Source of the DNA: Pseudomonas phage sp. 30-2
Length of the DNA: 64,000 nt
Sequence record: LC727697.1
Strand: one strand, 5' to 3'
Shown: piece after piece, positions 1 through 8,595 of the stretch
Layout of the letters: the number at the start of each line of letters is the position of its first letter
Position numbering within the stretch: position 1 is the first letter of the stretch
Notes under the pieces: model-generated
Seen by the model: only the letters and a program-made list of their open reading frames with translations
The model's database searches: none
Told to the model about the DNA's origin: nothing
Program-made: the position numbers and the translations under genes

Positions 1-510
1 ACGAACAGTAAGGGTTATTAAGGTAAGTTCAGAGCTATCATATGCACGAGAACCATAGTTTACATCAAGTAAAAAACAACCTTCTGCATCCCAGTATTCT
101 AATGGTGCAGTATTGTTGTTTCCGTCTAGAGATTCTATTCTCATAGTAAATTTATAGTTTCTACCAGCTACTGGGCTAGATTGTTCAAAATGGTTCATTT
201 GTTTCTGCAATTGTTTACCAACTACATTAACAACTGAGTTTTGAATATCGTCACGCAATACAATTTCGATAGTTTGCCATTCGTGTTTCCCCATAGCATA
301 TGCTACAGAGTTATACGAATGAACAGCAGTCGACGCATGGTTTATTTTCGGTCTTTCGACAGAAACTACGCTCTGGGTTAACTGGCGAGAATTAGATCCA
401 TCGCCAAAACCATCAAAACTCACGCGAAACTTGTACTGGAGCTTGGGTTGCAAAATACCGCGTTCTGAACCTGCCGAACTTGGTACCCCAAATTTGTCTA
501 ATGTTGCCAT
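1..510 (-). CDS. gp19: tail tube protein (T4 gp19-like), N-terminal part; the gene continues past the window start
   Basis: Minus-strand ATG at 510-508 preceded by AGGAGA. Translation MATLDKFGVPSSAGSERGILQPKLQYKFRVSFDG...EYWDAEGCF matches the tail-tube/gp19 family pattern. Lies downstream of the sheath gene as in T4. Absent from the ORF track because it is truncated. Confidence 0.6.
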   Translation of the reverse strand, partial: MATLDKFGVPSSAGSERGILQPKLQYKFRVSFDGFGDGSNSRQLTQSVVSVERPKINHASTAVHSYNSVAYAMGKHEWQTIEIVLRDDIQNSVVNVVGKQLQKQMNHFEQSSPVAGRNYKFTMRIESLDGNNNTAPLEYWDAEGCFLLDVNYGSRAYDSSELTLITLTVR

Positions 511-548
511 ACATTCTCCTATTAATGTCTCGTTATTACGATAAACAT

Positions 549-556
549 ATTTATCA
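549..556 (-). promoter_or_regulatory. late-promoter-like motif GATAAATA upstream of the tail tube gene
   Basis: Plus strand reads tatttatc; 38 nt upstream of the ATG at 510. Member of the recurrent motif family (see findings). Confidence 0.45.
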
Positions 557-588
557 GTAACTAACAATTTTTCATTATAGGATACAAA

Positions 589-611
589 TAAAGGGGCATT
601 ATGCCCCTTTA
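589..611 (-). terminator. rho-independent terminator hairpin AAAGGGGCATTATGCCCCTTT
   Basis: Perfect GC-rich palindrome flanked by A and T runs. The TAA stop codon of ORF 599-2215 sits in the loop. Confidence 0.6.
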
Positions 612-2215
612 TTTGTCCAAACCCATTTAGTAGATCCCGAATCCCATATTCTATTCCATCCCAAACTATCCATATATTCTTTTTCTGTTAGTAAAGTTTC
701 GGGCAACTTATCTTTTCTAAAATTGTATCTATGATATCTTTTAAGATCATTATCTTTTATATACCAGTAATTAGGGAGTGTCTGTTTATCTAATTTAAAT
801 CCTAGCTGTTCATATAAATTACCGTCAGACCAGCGAGAATCTGCATACGAAATAACACTAGATGGATTATAGTTATTTATATAGTAAGCAAATAATTTTC
901 CCGCGGCGCCGGGGATAGATGTATTATGTTTTACACTAAAACGATTTATCTGACAGCTCGATGTTTTATTAGTAATATCTTTATTTAAAAATGTCATTAC
1001 AGAAACTAGTTCATTGTTATAATACAACCCCAATCTTACATTTGCTCTACCTTTACCTTGTAAATGTGTTTTTTCTACAAAATCATTTGCAACTTTAGAA
1101 TTTATTTCTTTAACAGTACATTTCCTTGCATATATTTTGTGTTCTGTTTTTCCTAATATAGCTCTTATTCTACTCTTTACTATATCTTGCTTTAAGTCCC
1201 ACTCATCTTCAAATATTTGAATTAATCTAATTCCTTTATCTCTAAAAAATATTTTCTTTTCGTAATCTTTTGTTTTACTGTACCCAGAATACTCTAACAC
1301 ATCCTCACTATGCCAGTATAATCCGTTAAATTCAAATCCAATATTTAATTCTTTACAAAATATATCTATTTCTTTATTGTTTATACGTGCAGAATTTATA
1401 CATGAAATACCTAAACTTGTTATAAAATATTCTAATTCTTTTTCTTTTTCAGATCTATTACTATTTCTAGGATAACACACAGGACATAATTCTATTTTAA
1501 ATTTACTAGCTCTAAAATATTGTTTTGTAAAAGAACATTCATTATTACATATATTACACCTTAACACTAAGCTGTTTTCATTTATGTCATTTAATAATGT
1601 TAGATTTGCAAGAGATATATTACTTTCTATTTGTTTATTAGATTCAGCTATTTTAGAAGCCCTATAATTGTTTAATGTTTGTATAGCTATTTCTTTATGT
1701 GATTTGGTTAACTTATATCCTTTTCGTATTTGCACTAACCCCAACGTTTTCTTTGTACTATATGTATCTTTTGCTTTAGCACTTCTCTGTTTTACTTCTT
1801 CTTTATTTTCTGCAGCATACTTCTTCACACTATCAGAAATTTTTTTATTTATTTCTACAGTTCTGACATATGATTTCCTAGTTAGTATCCCTTCTTTGTA
1901 CTTTAGTTCTCTCTGTTCTGCAGATTTCACGTACATAGTAGTATCGTGTAACTCTATGCCTTTATTCCACGGAATAGTTCCGGATTTTTTATTAGACATA
2001 GATTCTTTCATGCTATCTGACCATTTATTTCCATAATTAGGATTATTAATGCCAGATGACTGTTCTGACCGCTTTGATCTATATTCATCTGATACAAGAG
2101 AATATTTTCCATAAAGATCTTTGTATTCTGCAGTAGTGATGTTATGTGTTTTTAGATGTGTACTTGTAATCATACTAGGAAATGATTTATTACAAATTTT
2201 ACATACAATAGACAT
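599..2215 (-). CDS. free-standing homing-endonuclease-like protein (NUMOD3-like N-terminal motifs plus a Vsr/DUF559-like PD-(D/E)xK nuclease core)
   Basis: NPNYGNKWSDSMKESMS and GTIPWNKG are NUMOD3-like. ELNIGFEFNGLYWHSEDV...RDKGIRLIQIFEDEW fits the IEvDGxxWH...D..R..L..G Vsr/DUF559 pattern. Paralog of 34891-36468. Inserted between the tail tube and sheath genes. Confidence 0.55.
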   Translation of the reverse strand: MSIVCKICNKSFPSMITSTHLKTHNITTAEYKDLYGKYSLVSDEYRSKRSEQSSGINNPNYGNKWSDSMKESMSNKKSGTIPWNKGIELHDTTMYVKSAEQRELKYKEGILTRKSYVRTVEINKKISDSVKKYAAENKEEVKQRSAKAKDTYSTKKTLGLVQIRKGYKLTKSHKEIAIQTLNNYRASKIAESNKQIESNISLANLTLLNDINENSLVLRCNICNNECSFTKQYFRASKFKIELCPVCYPRNSNRSEKEKELEYFITSLGISCINSARINNKEIDIFCKELNIGFEFNGLYWHSEDVLEYSGYSKTKDYEKKIFFRDKGIRLIQIFEDEWDLKQDIVKSRIRAILGKTEHKIYARKCTVKEINSKVANDFVEKTHLQGKGRANVRLGLYYNNELVSVMTFLNKDITNKTSSCQINRFSVKHNTSIPGAAGKLFAYYINNYNPSSVISYADSRWSDGNLYEQLGFKLDKQTLPNYWYIKDNDLKRYHRYNFRKDKLPETLLTEKEYMDSLGWNRIWDSGSTKWVWTNKGA

Positions 2216-2272
2216 AAAAGCAATCCTTAATTTTAAACAATAGTATACTATAGATATAATTTATAGTCAAAT

Positions 2273-2300
2273 AAAAAGGCACTAAGTGCCTTTTTATTTT
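2273..2300 (-). terminator. terminator hairpin GGCACTAAGTGCC followed by a T-run
   Basis: AAAAAGGCACTAAGTGCCTTTTTATTTT, immediately downstream of the sheath stop at 2317. Confidence 0.55.
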
Positions 2301-2316
2301 GCATTACTAATTTATG

Positions 2317-4956
2317 TTAAGATCCAGTATTTTGCAAACGAATCGGAACATAAATAAATTCAACTGCACGGGTGGGCACTATTGCAACGTCAACCCACAA
2401 TTCGTTTCTATCTATACGATCCGGAGTATTATTAGAATCAGAACAGTCTACAACGAAATCAGTGATACCGCGTAATGTTACTATTTCGCTTAAGAAAGCC
2501 TCTACTGCTACCTGTACTGCTTGACGAGTACGTGAATCGTTTGGCTCGAATACAAACGGTTTTAGCAACAAATCTAATTGATATCTAACATAGTTTACCA
2601 ATCTTGCTACATTAACTCTATCCAATGACGAAGTAACTGGATTTCTAGATTTTTGACCCCATACCACTATACCTCTATTAGGCACTTGCGATATTGGGTT
2701 AACATTATTAGTATACAGAGTATCCCGCTGCCCTTCATTTAACGAAACTGCAACGAATTCACCTTCGCTGTTTATATAACCTACCGAAGTTGCGTTAGAC
2801 ACTATACCGCGTTGATATCCTGCTGGAGCGAACCACGGATATGCAACCTGGTCATTATACGCAATAGTACGAAGTAACATATGACTAGGAGGAACAACTA
2901 CATTATTACCATTTAGATCTGTACTTAGCCCGGACGGATAATATACACCTAAATACGGATCAGCAGTAACTAATCCATCTGAACCGTTTTCTGTTGCTAA
3001 TTTAGAATTAGAAGACCATTCTTGTAAATTAGTACCAGTTGCACTCAAAGTAAATGGCGAATCGCCTATAACAAATGCAGTTTGTTTTCTATCAACGTTT
3101 AATGCTACTAACTCGTCTATTAATTCAGGATAGCCAGGCGCAGCAATTAGGTTATAAAACACGTTTTCAGAACGAATATCTTCATTAGCCTGTATTGTGC
3201 TAGCAATAGAACGAACGACTACTTGTTTAACTGCTTCACCACCAGTGTATAAAGAACCATCCGATCTTAAACCACTAACAGATACCCATCTATCTCCTAT
3301 AACGTTACCTTCAAAGGTATAATTATTGTTCCATTGTTTAACGTTACGTGTGGAATAGCGAGTGTTAAATAGCAAGATTCCTTGCGGATATGCAAGTGCG
3401 TCTGGAGCGTCTGCATCTAATGCTCCGGAATTTACAGGTCTTGCATCAGCAAATATTACACCGTTAGGTGTTGTTTGATCAGTATTATCTACTAATCTCC
3501 ACTGGTTATTTACCCTACGATATATAACTGGATAATTGCCTGCAGACGAAGTGCTTACCCATACATCGCCGTCAGCTACGTTAGTAGTAGGTTCAGCACT
3601 TTGTACAAATAAACTGCCAGCTAAATCAGTCCATGCTCCTACGCCATCATTAACTAGAATGTCAACTTTATAATCTGTGCTGTACCACAATGTACCGTTA
3701 TCTAATTGACCGGACGGTTGTTTTACAGCAGAACTATATTCTAGTGGAACCCAATTAGAATATATGCCGGCACTAAACATAGTAGATGATGTAACTATTA
3801 TATCTTTTCCACTATCGTTAACTAACGCTACCATTCTAGAGGCAGTATTGTAATTAACTGAAATATCAGTAACACCGTTAGAAACTAAAGCTTGTCCTAA
3901 CGATTGAGCAAATGCCTCTACGCTAGAACCAGATGCGTTAACTGTCACTGATGTTCCGTTATAGCGTCCTAATACTAATGTATCGCTATAAGGACCAGTT
4001 GCTGCTAAGGTTACAGAAACAGCAGTGAAAGTGTTACCGTTGTGTATTTTTACCTTATGTTGTAGTTCAGTTACTGCAGGATTAACTGCACTAGATAATG
4101 TTCCTTTTGCATTATATTGCACAAACACCGAGCCCTGGCGTAGTGTAGTTCCGAAACCGTCGGTAGCATCATCGCTTGTTTTGTACAAAGGAGTAGATAC
4201 AGATACAAAACTTCCTACATTTGCATCGAATCTAGACAATGCATATGAAGTTTCCCTTAGGTTTACCCATAGATTCCCTACAGCACCTACTACAGGATAT
4301 ACCTTATTATATACAACTGTATTATCGTTAGCAGTAATTAAAACCCAGGCGCCGGATATATTGCGTCTATATATTGCATTTTCTACGTTAGGAGCAGCTT
4401 GTCCTACTGACATTGCATATTTGTAACTAGACGGAACATTTGCTGGGCGACCAGCTGCGTCAAATTCAGTTGCATAGAATACATTTGCTTTTACCCAGTC
4501 AGTGCCGTTAGACTCATACAACCCCGACACAACTTTTGTAGGGTTTAACCAATAGGTGTTGTCTGCAGGATTAGCAGTGGGCTCAGTATCAGACGGTTCT
4601 AACTGAGATGTGTCTACATCTGCCCGCACAACATATGCTCTATTAGATATTCCTAAATACGAATGTGCTGCTAACAATCCATATTCATTTAGTTCATATC
4701 CGTGTAATGCAGTTCCGCCGACTGTTTTAAAAGTCGGGACACCAAACGTTTGTAGTAGTTCTCTTTGAGAACTAATTAGCCATAGTCTACCTGCATTTTG
4801 TCTAGTGGTTCCCGGTGCAATTCCAGTACCGGCACTATCAGTTTTATCTTGAGCAGTTGCTATGATTATAAGCGGTACAGTTCCCGGACCAGACGATGCA
4901 TAAAAAGATTCGTCTGTTATAGTTACACTTACACCCGGAGAAATGAGAGTTGCCAT
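2317..4956 (-). CDS. gp18: tail sheath protein (gp18-like), 879 aa
   Basis: Large protein directly upstream of the tube gene. The C-terminal region NVARLVNYVRYQLDLLLKPFVFEPND...ELWVDVAIVPTRAVEFIYVPIRL is typical of the sheath C-terminal domain. RBS AAGGGAGA. Confidence 0.65.
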   Translation of the reverse strand: MATLISPGVSVTITDESFYASSGPGTVPLIIIATAQDKTDSAGTGIAPGTTRQNAGRLWLISSQRELLQTFGVPTFKTVGGTALHGYELNEYGLLAAHSYLGISNRAYVVRADVDTSQLEPSDTEPTANPADNTYWLNPTKVVSGLYESNGTDWVKANVFYATEFDAAGRPANVPSSYKYAMSVGQAAPNVENAIYRRNISGAWVLITANDNTVVYNKVYPVVGAVGNLWVNLRETSYALSRFDANVGSFVSVSTPLYKTSDDATDGFGTTLRQGSVFVQYNAKGTLSSAVNPAVTELQHKVKIHNGNTFTAVSVTLAATGPYSDTLVLGRYNGTSVTVNASGSSVEAFAQSLGQALVSNGVTDISVNYNTASRMVALVNDSGKDIIVTSSTMFSAGIYSNWVPLEYSSAVKQPSGQLDNGTLWYSTDYKVDILVNDGVGAWTDLAGSLFVQSAEPTTNVADGDVWVSTSSAGNYPVIYRRVNNQWRLVDNTDQTTPNGVIFADARPVNSGALDADAPDALAYPQGILLFNTRYSTRNVKQWNNNYTFEGNVIGDRWVSVSGLRSDGSLYTGGEAVKQVVVRSIASTIQANEDIRSENVFYNLIAAPGYPELIDELVALNVDRKQTAFVIGDSPFTLSATGTNLQEWSSNSKLATENGSDGLVTADPYLGVYYPSGLSTDLNGNNVVVPPSHMLLRTIAYNDQVAYPWFAPAGYQRGIVSNATSVGYINSEGEFVAVSLNEGQRDTLYTNNVNPISQVPNRGIVVWGQKSRNPVTSSLDRVNVARLVNYVRYQLDLLLKPFVFEPNDSRTRQAVQVAVEAFLSEIVTLRGITDFVVDCSDSNNTPDRIDRNELWVDVAIVPTRAVEFIYVPIRLQNTGS

Positions 4957-5002
4957 TGTGTTATAATCTCCCTTTATGAATTATACAGTATTACGATATC
5001 AG

Positions 5003-5010
5003 TATTTATC
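5003..5010 (-). promoter_or_regulatory. late-promoter-like motif GATAAATA upstream of the sheath gene
   Basis: tatttatc on the plus strand, 46 nt upstream of the ATG at 4956. Confidence 0.4.
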
Positions 5011-5046
5011 GCATACTTAATAATCATTGCAGATATAACACTCAAT

Positions 5047-5066
5047 AAAATAGGGGCATTGCCCCT
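5047..5066 (-). terminator. terminator hairpin AGGGGCATTGCCCCT
   Basis: GC-rich palindrome with A/T flanks just downstream of the kinase stop at 5074. Confidence 0.5.
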
Positions 5067-5073
5067 ATTTATA

Positions 5074-5715
5074 TTATTTATTAATAATACTATCTACAGT
5101 TAGAAACAGTTCTTCCAGTGTACTATTATTAATAATTTTTTCATCGTAACCCAATCCTACCCAGTCCCATTCAGATATATGGACACCGTTTAATGACGAA
5201 TTCTCGATAATATTTTGTTTTTCTTTATCAGTATAATCTGATGTATTTAAGTCTAATGCAATATTATACCATTCCGGGATAATGTTTTCTACATATATGA
5301 ACTTTGTACCATATTGCTTTAGCATATTATATTCATTTTTAAATCTTACATCTGATACTACTACATTCTTATTATTTTGTATAAATGATTCTAATCGCTT
5401 TTCTAATGTTAATATCCATAAATTATCATTAAAATGCATCCGTAATACATCAGTTCCTATATATTGCATTGCATACCTAGGAGTAAAATTAGGTATACCT
5501 AACTTTGTCGCCCACCATGTATCTGTAGTTTCTCTCCAACGCCTAGATTCCGGTGTAGTACCTTCTAATAACGTTCTATCCCAACTAAAAGTAGATGACA
5601 GTAAATCCTTTAACGCTGCCGCAAAACTATCCTGTATAAAATTATGATTTTCAACTAAATATTTTGCTACAGTATTTTTTCCTGACCCAATAAATCCTAA
5701 CGTCCCTATAATCAT
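5074..5715 (-). CDS. deoxynucleoside monophosphate kinase (T4 gp1-like), 213 aa
   Basis: P-loop MIIGTLGFIGSGKNTVAKYL at the N-terminus, resembling T4 gp1 MKLIFLSGVKRSGKDT. The track start at 5745 is a TTG over-extension; the true ATG is at 5715, directly after the upstream stop. Confidence 0.55.
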   Translation of the reverse strand: MIIGTLGFIGSGKNTVAKYLVENHNFIQDSFAAALKDLLSSTFSWDRTLLEGTTPESRRWRETTDTWWATKLGIPNFTPRYAMQYIGTDVLRMHFNDNLWILTLEKRLESFIQNNKNVVVSDVRFKNEYNMLKQYGTKFIYVENIIPEWYNIALDLNTSDYTDKEKQNIIENSSLNGVHISEWDWVGLGYDEKIINNSTLEELFLTVDSIINK

Positions 5716-5719
5716 CCAT

Positions 5720-6472
5720 TTATCCAATAATGAATGGCATACCAAACGATGTTCCGGTTGTATAATTTATAATTTCGTTTTCTAAACGTTCCATTTCGGC
5801 AAATGCTTCTTGTTTTAACTGATCGCCGTTTAACGTAACACTACCGTTCGGTCCTGGTAAGCCATTAGTAAATTTACTACGTGCTTCACCTAACATATAT
5901 TTAGACTGGGCAATAGCATAATCTCTTAACCACGGTCTACTATATACATCAGTCAAAAGCACATCTTCAGATTTTGCTACCCACACAACTACCAATACTG
6001 TTTCGGCACCTTGGAATTTTCGCATGATAGTAAGTTTTCTATCTGCATAGTTCCATGTAAAGTTTATTTCAGATCCAAATATTCTTCCTAAGGTTTCTTG
6101 GTATTCGGAAAATAGATGCCATGTTGCTAGACCGCCAGTTCGACCTGCTTGTAAAAAGAATATATTCGAAAATGCAGATTCAAACGGATCAAAGTTAGTA
6201 CCGCCAGATGTTCCCGATCCAACAGATCTGCGATATAGTCGTCTTACTTCTTGAACTTCAGTAGGTAAAGTGTATTCAGTTTCATCTCTTTGCAGAGTTA
6301 TAAACAGCATACTTTCCATGCAAGCATTTTCGGCGCGCTGGCGGTATCTATCTATTGCAAAATCTATTGCTAAATCTAAATCTTCTGGGTCTAGTTCTAC
6401 ATCAGTCATACTATTTCCCAGTCTTCGCATTATTTGTTTCTTTATTTCTGTTCTTGCTGTACTTGTAGCCAT
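5720..6472 (-). CDS. hypothetical virion structural protein (possible neck or tail-completion protein), 250 aa
   Basis: Position upstream of the kinase and sheath. No recognised catalytic motif. Assignment is by context only. Confidence 0.3.
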   Translation of the reverse strand: MATSTARTEIKKQIMRRLGNSMTDVELDPEDLDLAIDFAIDRYRQRAENACMESMLFITLQRDETEYTLPTEVQEVRRLYRRSVGSGTSGGTNFDPFESAFSNIFFLQAGRTGGLATWHLFSEYQETLGRIFGSEINFTWNYADRKLTIMRKFQGAETVLVVVWVAKSEDVLLTDVYSRPWLRDYAIAQSKYMLGEARSKFTNGLPGPNGSVTLNGDQLKQEAFAEMERLENEIINYTTGTSFGMPFIIG

Positions 6473-6507
6473 TTTTATAAAGTGCCTCTATATATAGATA
6501 ACACTAT

Positions 6508-7626
6508 TTATTTTATAACCTCAAGAATGATACAATGCTCGTTTGTTCTTCCTTTTAGTTTAGTTTCGACAGATTTAGTATCTACAAATAATTTTTCTTT
6601 TGCCTTTTTAGAAATTTTCTTAATATTTTTAAAATATTCTTCTGGTTTACGAATAGTTTTTTCTATACTTTTTTCGGAAAAATTAGTTATAGTAGTTCCT
6701 TTTATTGATAGACCTGTAGTGTCTAAAGCAATATATTTTCCTAACTTTCTACTTTTTGTATTAAACACCCATACTTCTTTTGCACCAACAATATGGACAG
6801 GATTAATACTTTCTAAGTTAAGATCTGTGCTTTTTTCTAAATATTTAAATGATTTAACTAATTTAGAAATATCCAATGGCTTTTGTTTTTTAGCTCGTTT
6901 TTTAACAGTAACTATTTTACTACTAGACGCAGTTTCTATAATTAAATTAAATAGCTTTATGGCTTTGTTTATATCCCGTTTAGTTAAAAAATTATAACCT
7001 TCGTTTAACTGTTCGGATTTTCCTGCCGAAAGCTCCTCTAATTCTTTTTTATTGGTGCTATATATTTCGGTAATATATTTTACATGATGGGATTTTATTT
7101 CTGATTTTTTAAATAAGGATTCTATTTCTTGTTGGGATACTACAAACTCACTAGGATTACTATAAAATTGATCTATTAATCCTTCAATTTCTCCGCAAGC
7201 TTTATATGCCTGGCTCTTAATTCTATCCTGTATACTTATTTTTTTAACTTTGCAGCTATCATGCTCTATTTTAGGTTCTGGTTCTTCGACAATTTCTGTA
7301 ATTTCTTCTTTTTTGATAGATTGAAATATCTTTTCTATGTGTGATTCGACGAAATTAGCATGACTAGGAAGTTGTCCGCCGGCATTTAGTATAGTACAAT
7401 ATTTTCCGATAATAGAAAAATCAGAATCACTCAACGAAGATAAATCTTTTACATCATAAGATGTATTATTTTTAATCCATTTTAGTGTTGCAGATTTAAG
7501 AGTAGCAGCAGATGCTTCATAATGCAAATACCAAATTGCATTCCTATAATCCTTAGTATATGTCTTAGAATCTAATTTTAAAAGAGAATAATCTGGAACT
7601 TTAAAAATATGTTTCGTTTTTGCCAC
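6508..7626 (-). CDS. hypothetical protein, 372 aa (GTG start)
   Basis: AAGGAG followed by 7 nt then GTG at 7626. The track start at 7668 is an upstream ATG without an RBS. Confidence 0.4.
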   Translation of the reverse strand: MAKTKHIFKVPDYSLLKLDSKTYTKDYRNAIWYLHYEASAATLKSATLKWIKNNTSYDVKDLSSLSDSDFSIIGKYCTILNAGGQLPSHANFVESHIEKIFQSIKKEEITEIVEEPEPKIEHDSCKVKKISIQDRIKSQAYKACGEIEGLIDQFYSNPSEFVVSQQEIESLFKKSEIKSHHVKYITEIYSTNKKELEELSAGKSEQLNEGYNFLTKRDINKAIKLFNLIIETASSSKIVTVKKRAKKQKPLDISKLVKSFKYLEKSTDLNLESINPVHIVGAKEVWVFNTKSRKLGKYIALDTTGLSIKGTTITNFSEKSIEKTIRKPEEYFKNIKKISKKAKEKLFVDTKSVETKLKGRTNEHCIILEVIK

Positions 7627-7823
7627 AATAACACTCCTTGTTATGCATATTGTATATTCCAAATACAATATCTGTCAATATATTATACATAAAAAATCAG
7701 GACTATTCCTAGTCCTGTGTTTTTGTTTCCTAGAGTATTTTGTCTTGTCTTTTTCTACTTTAGGTTTGTTAAATGTGTTTACATGATGTGCAACTGGATT
7801 GCGTTCGATTGGGTTTTTCTTTT

Positions 7824-8015
7824 TCATAATCCTATACCTGTACCTATACCCGGTGTTCTAGAAATGTTTCCTGTAAGTGGAATACTGTCGTTCGCTACAT
7901 TGCTTTTGTTTGTATCGATGGTGTTTTTAGGCTCATTAAATGTTGTCGGTTTACAAATAAACACAACTAATATGGCAAATATTACTATAAACATAGAGGC
8001 ATAATCGCTATTCAT
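7824..8015 (-). CDS. small membrane protein, 63 aa
   Basis: TMD MFIVIFAILVVFIC. AGGAG 9 nt upstream of the ATG at 8015. Same strand as neighbouring genes. Confidence 0.4.
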   Translation of the reverse strand: MNSDYASMFIVIFAILVVFICKPTTFNEPKNTIDTNKSNVANDSIPLTGNISRTPGIGTGIGL

Positions 8016-8045
8016 ATACTTTACTCCTGTATATATAAAAATAGG

Positions 8046-8066
8046 AGACGTTTTAAGTCTCCTAGC
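8046..8066 (-). terminator. terminator hairpin AGGAGACGTTTTAAGTCTCCT
   Basis: Palindrome followed by a T-run on the minus strand. Closes the 8152-8448 transcript after an 80-nt GC-rich 3-prime segment. Confidence 0.5.
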
Positions 8067-8151
8067 TGCTTATGCTTTTGTGGTAGCGAATCACTAAGCT
8101 CCGATACAGCACCGGTGCGCCTTAAGCCAAAACATTTGGCGGTCCTAAGGG

Positions 8152-8448
8152 CTAATTCTGTTTACAATAATGAAGTAACCGTTCTATAGCGTATTTAGTA
8201 GTACAATTATATTTAGTTACATACCACACTATAAAATCTTTATTACTTCCACCCTGTTCTATAGGGTTATTAAAAAATTCAGTATCACCTATAAGAGCTT
8301 CCATAATAGATTCTGCTTTTGTCTTTTTAGATTCAATATCTATTAAAGCCATTTGAGATACTATCCAATCTATAGCATCGGGGTATTTATTTATGTTTTC
8401 ATCAATTAGCTTAGAAAGTTGTTCCTTAAAAGATAAATGAATGTTCAT
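8152..8448 (-). CDS. hypothetical protein, 98 aa
   Basis: ATG start, same strand as neighbours. Confidence 0.4.
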   Translation of the reverse strand: MNIHLSFKEQLSKLIDENINKYPDAIDWIVSQMALIDIESKKTKAESIMEALIGDTEFFNNPIEQGGSNKDFIVWYVTKYNCTTKYAIERLLHYCKQN

Positions 8449-8595
8449 TATTTTATCCCTTACTATAATAAAGCAATTATACAGTGTTTACAGTTGCTTG
8501 TCTAGGCTATTTTTATGGGGTTTTTGTGCTATAAAATGCAACAAAAGCCAAATAGCATAGCGTTACATAGCTTTTTATATATGCAGCAAAATTTA

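Noticed and set aside
1668-2036. Opposite-strand or embedded ORFs inside large genes
   Set aside because: Examples are 1668-2036, 4025-4426, 4798-5103, 5282-5647, 6270-6997, 31134-31565, 36855-37082, 37801-38439, 44135-44884 and 50296-51000. All are antisense to well-supported genes, lack RBS, and have hydrophobic or low-complexity translations.
5716-5745. ORF-track starts at 5745, 7668, 15578, 19908, 20688 and 29116
   Set aside because: These are upstream ATG/TTG/GTG over-extensions. Internal starts with proper RBS and motif placement (P-loop at the N-terminus, AAGGAG spacing) are preferred.
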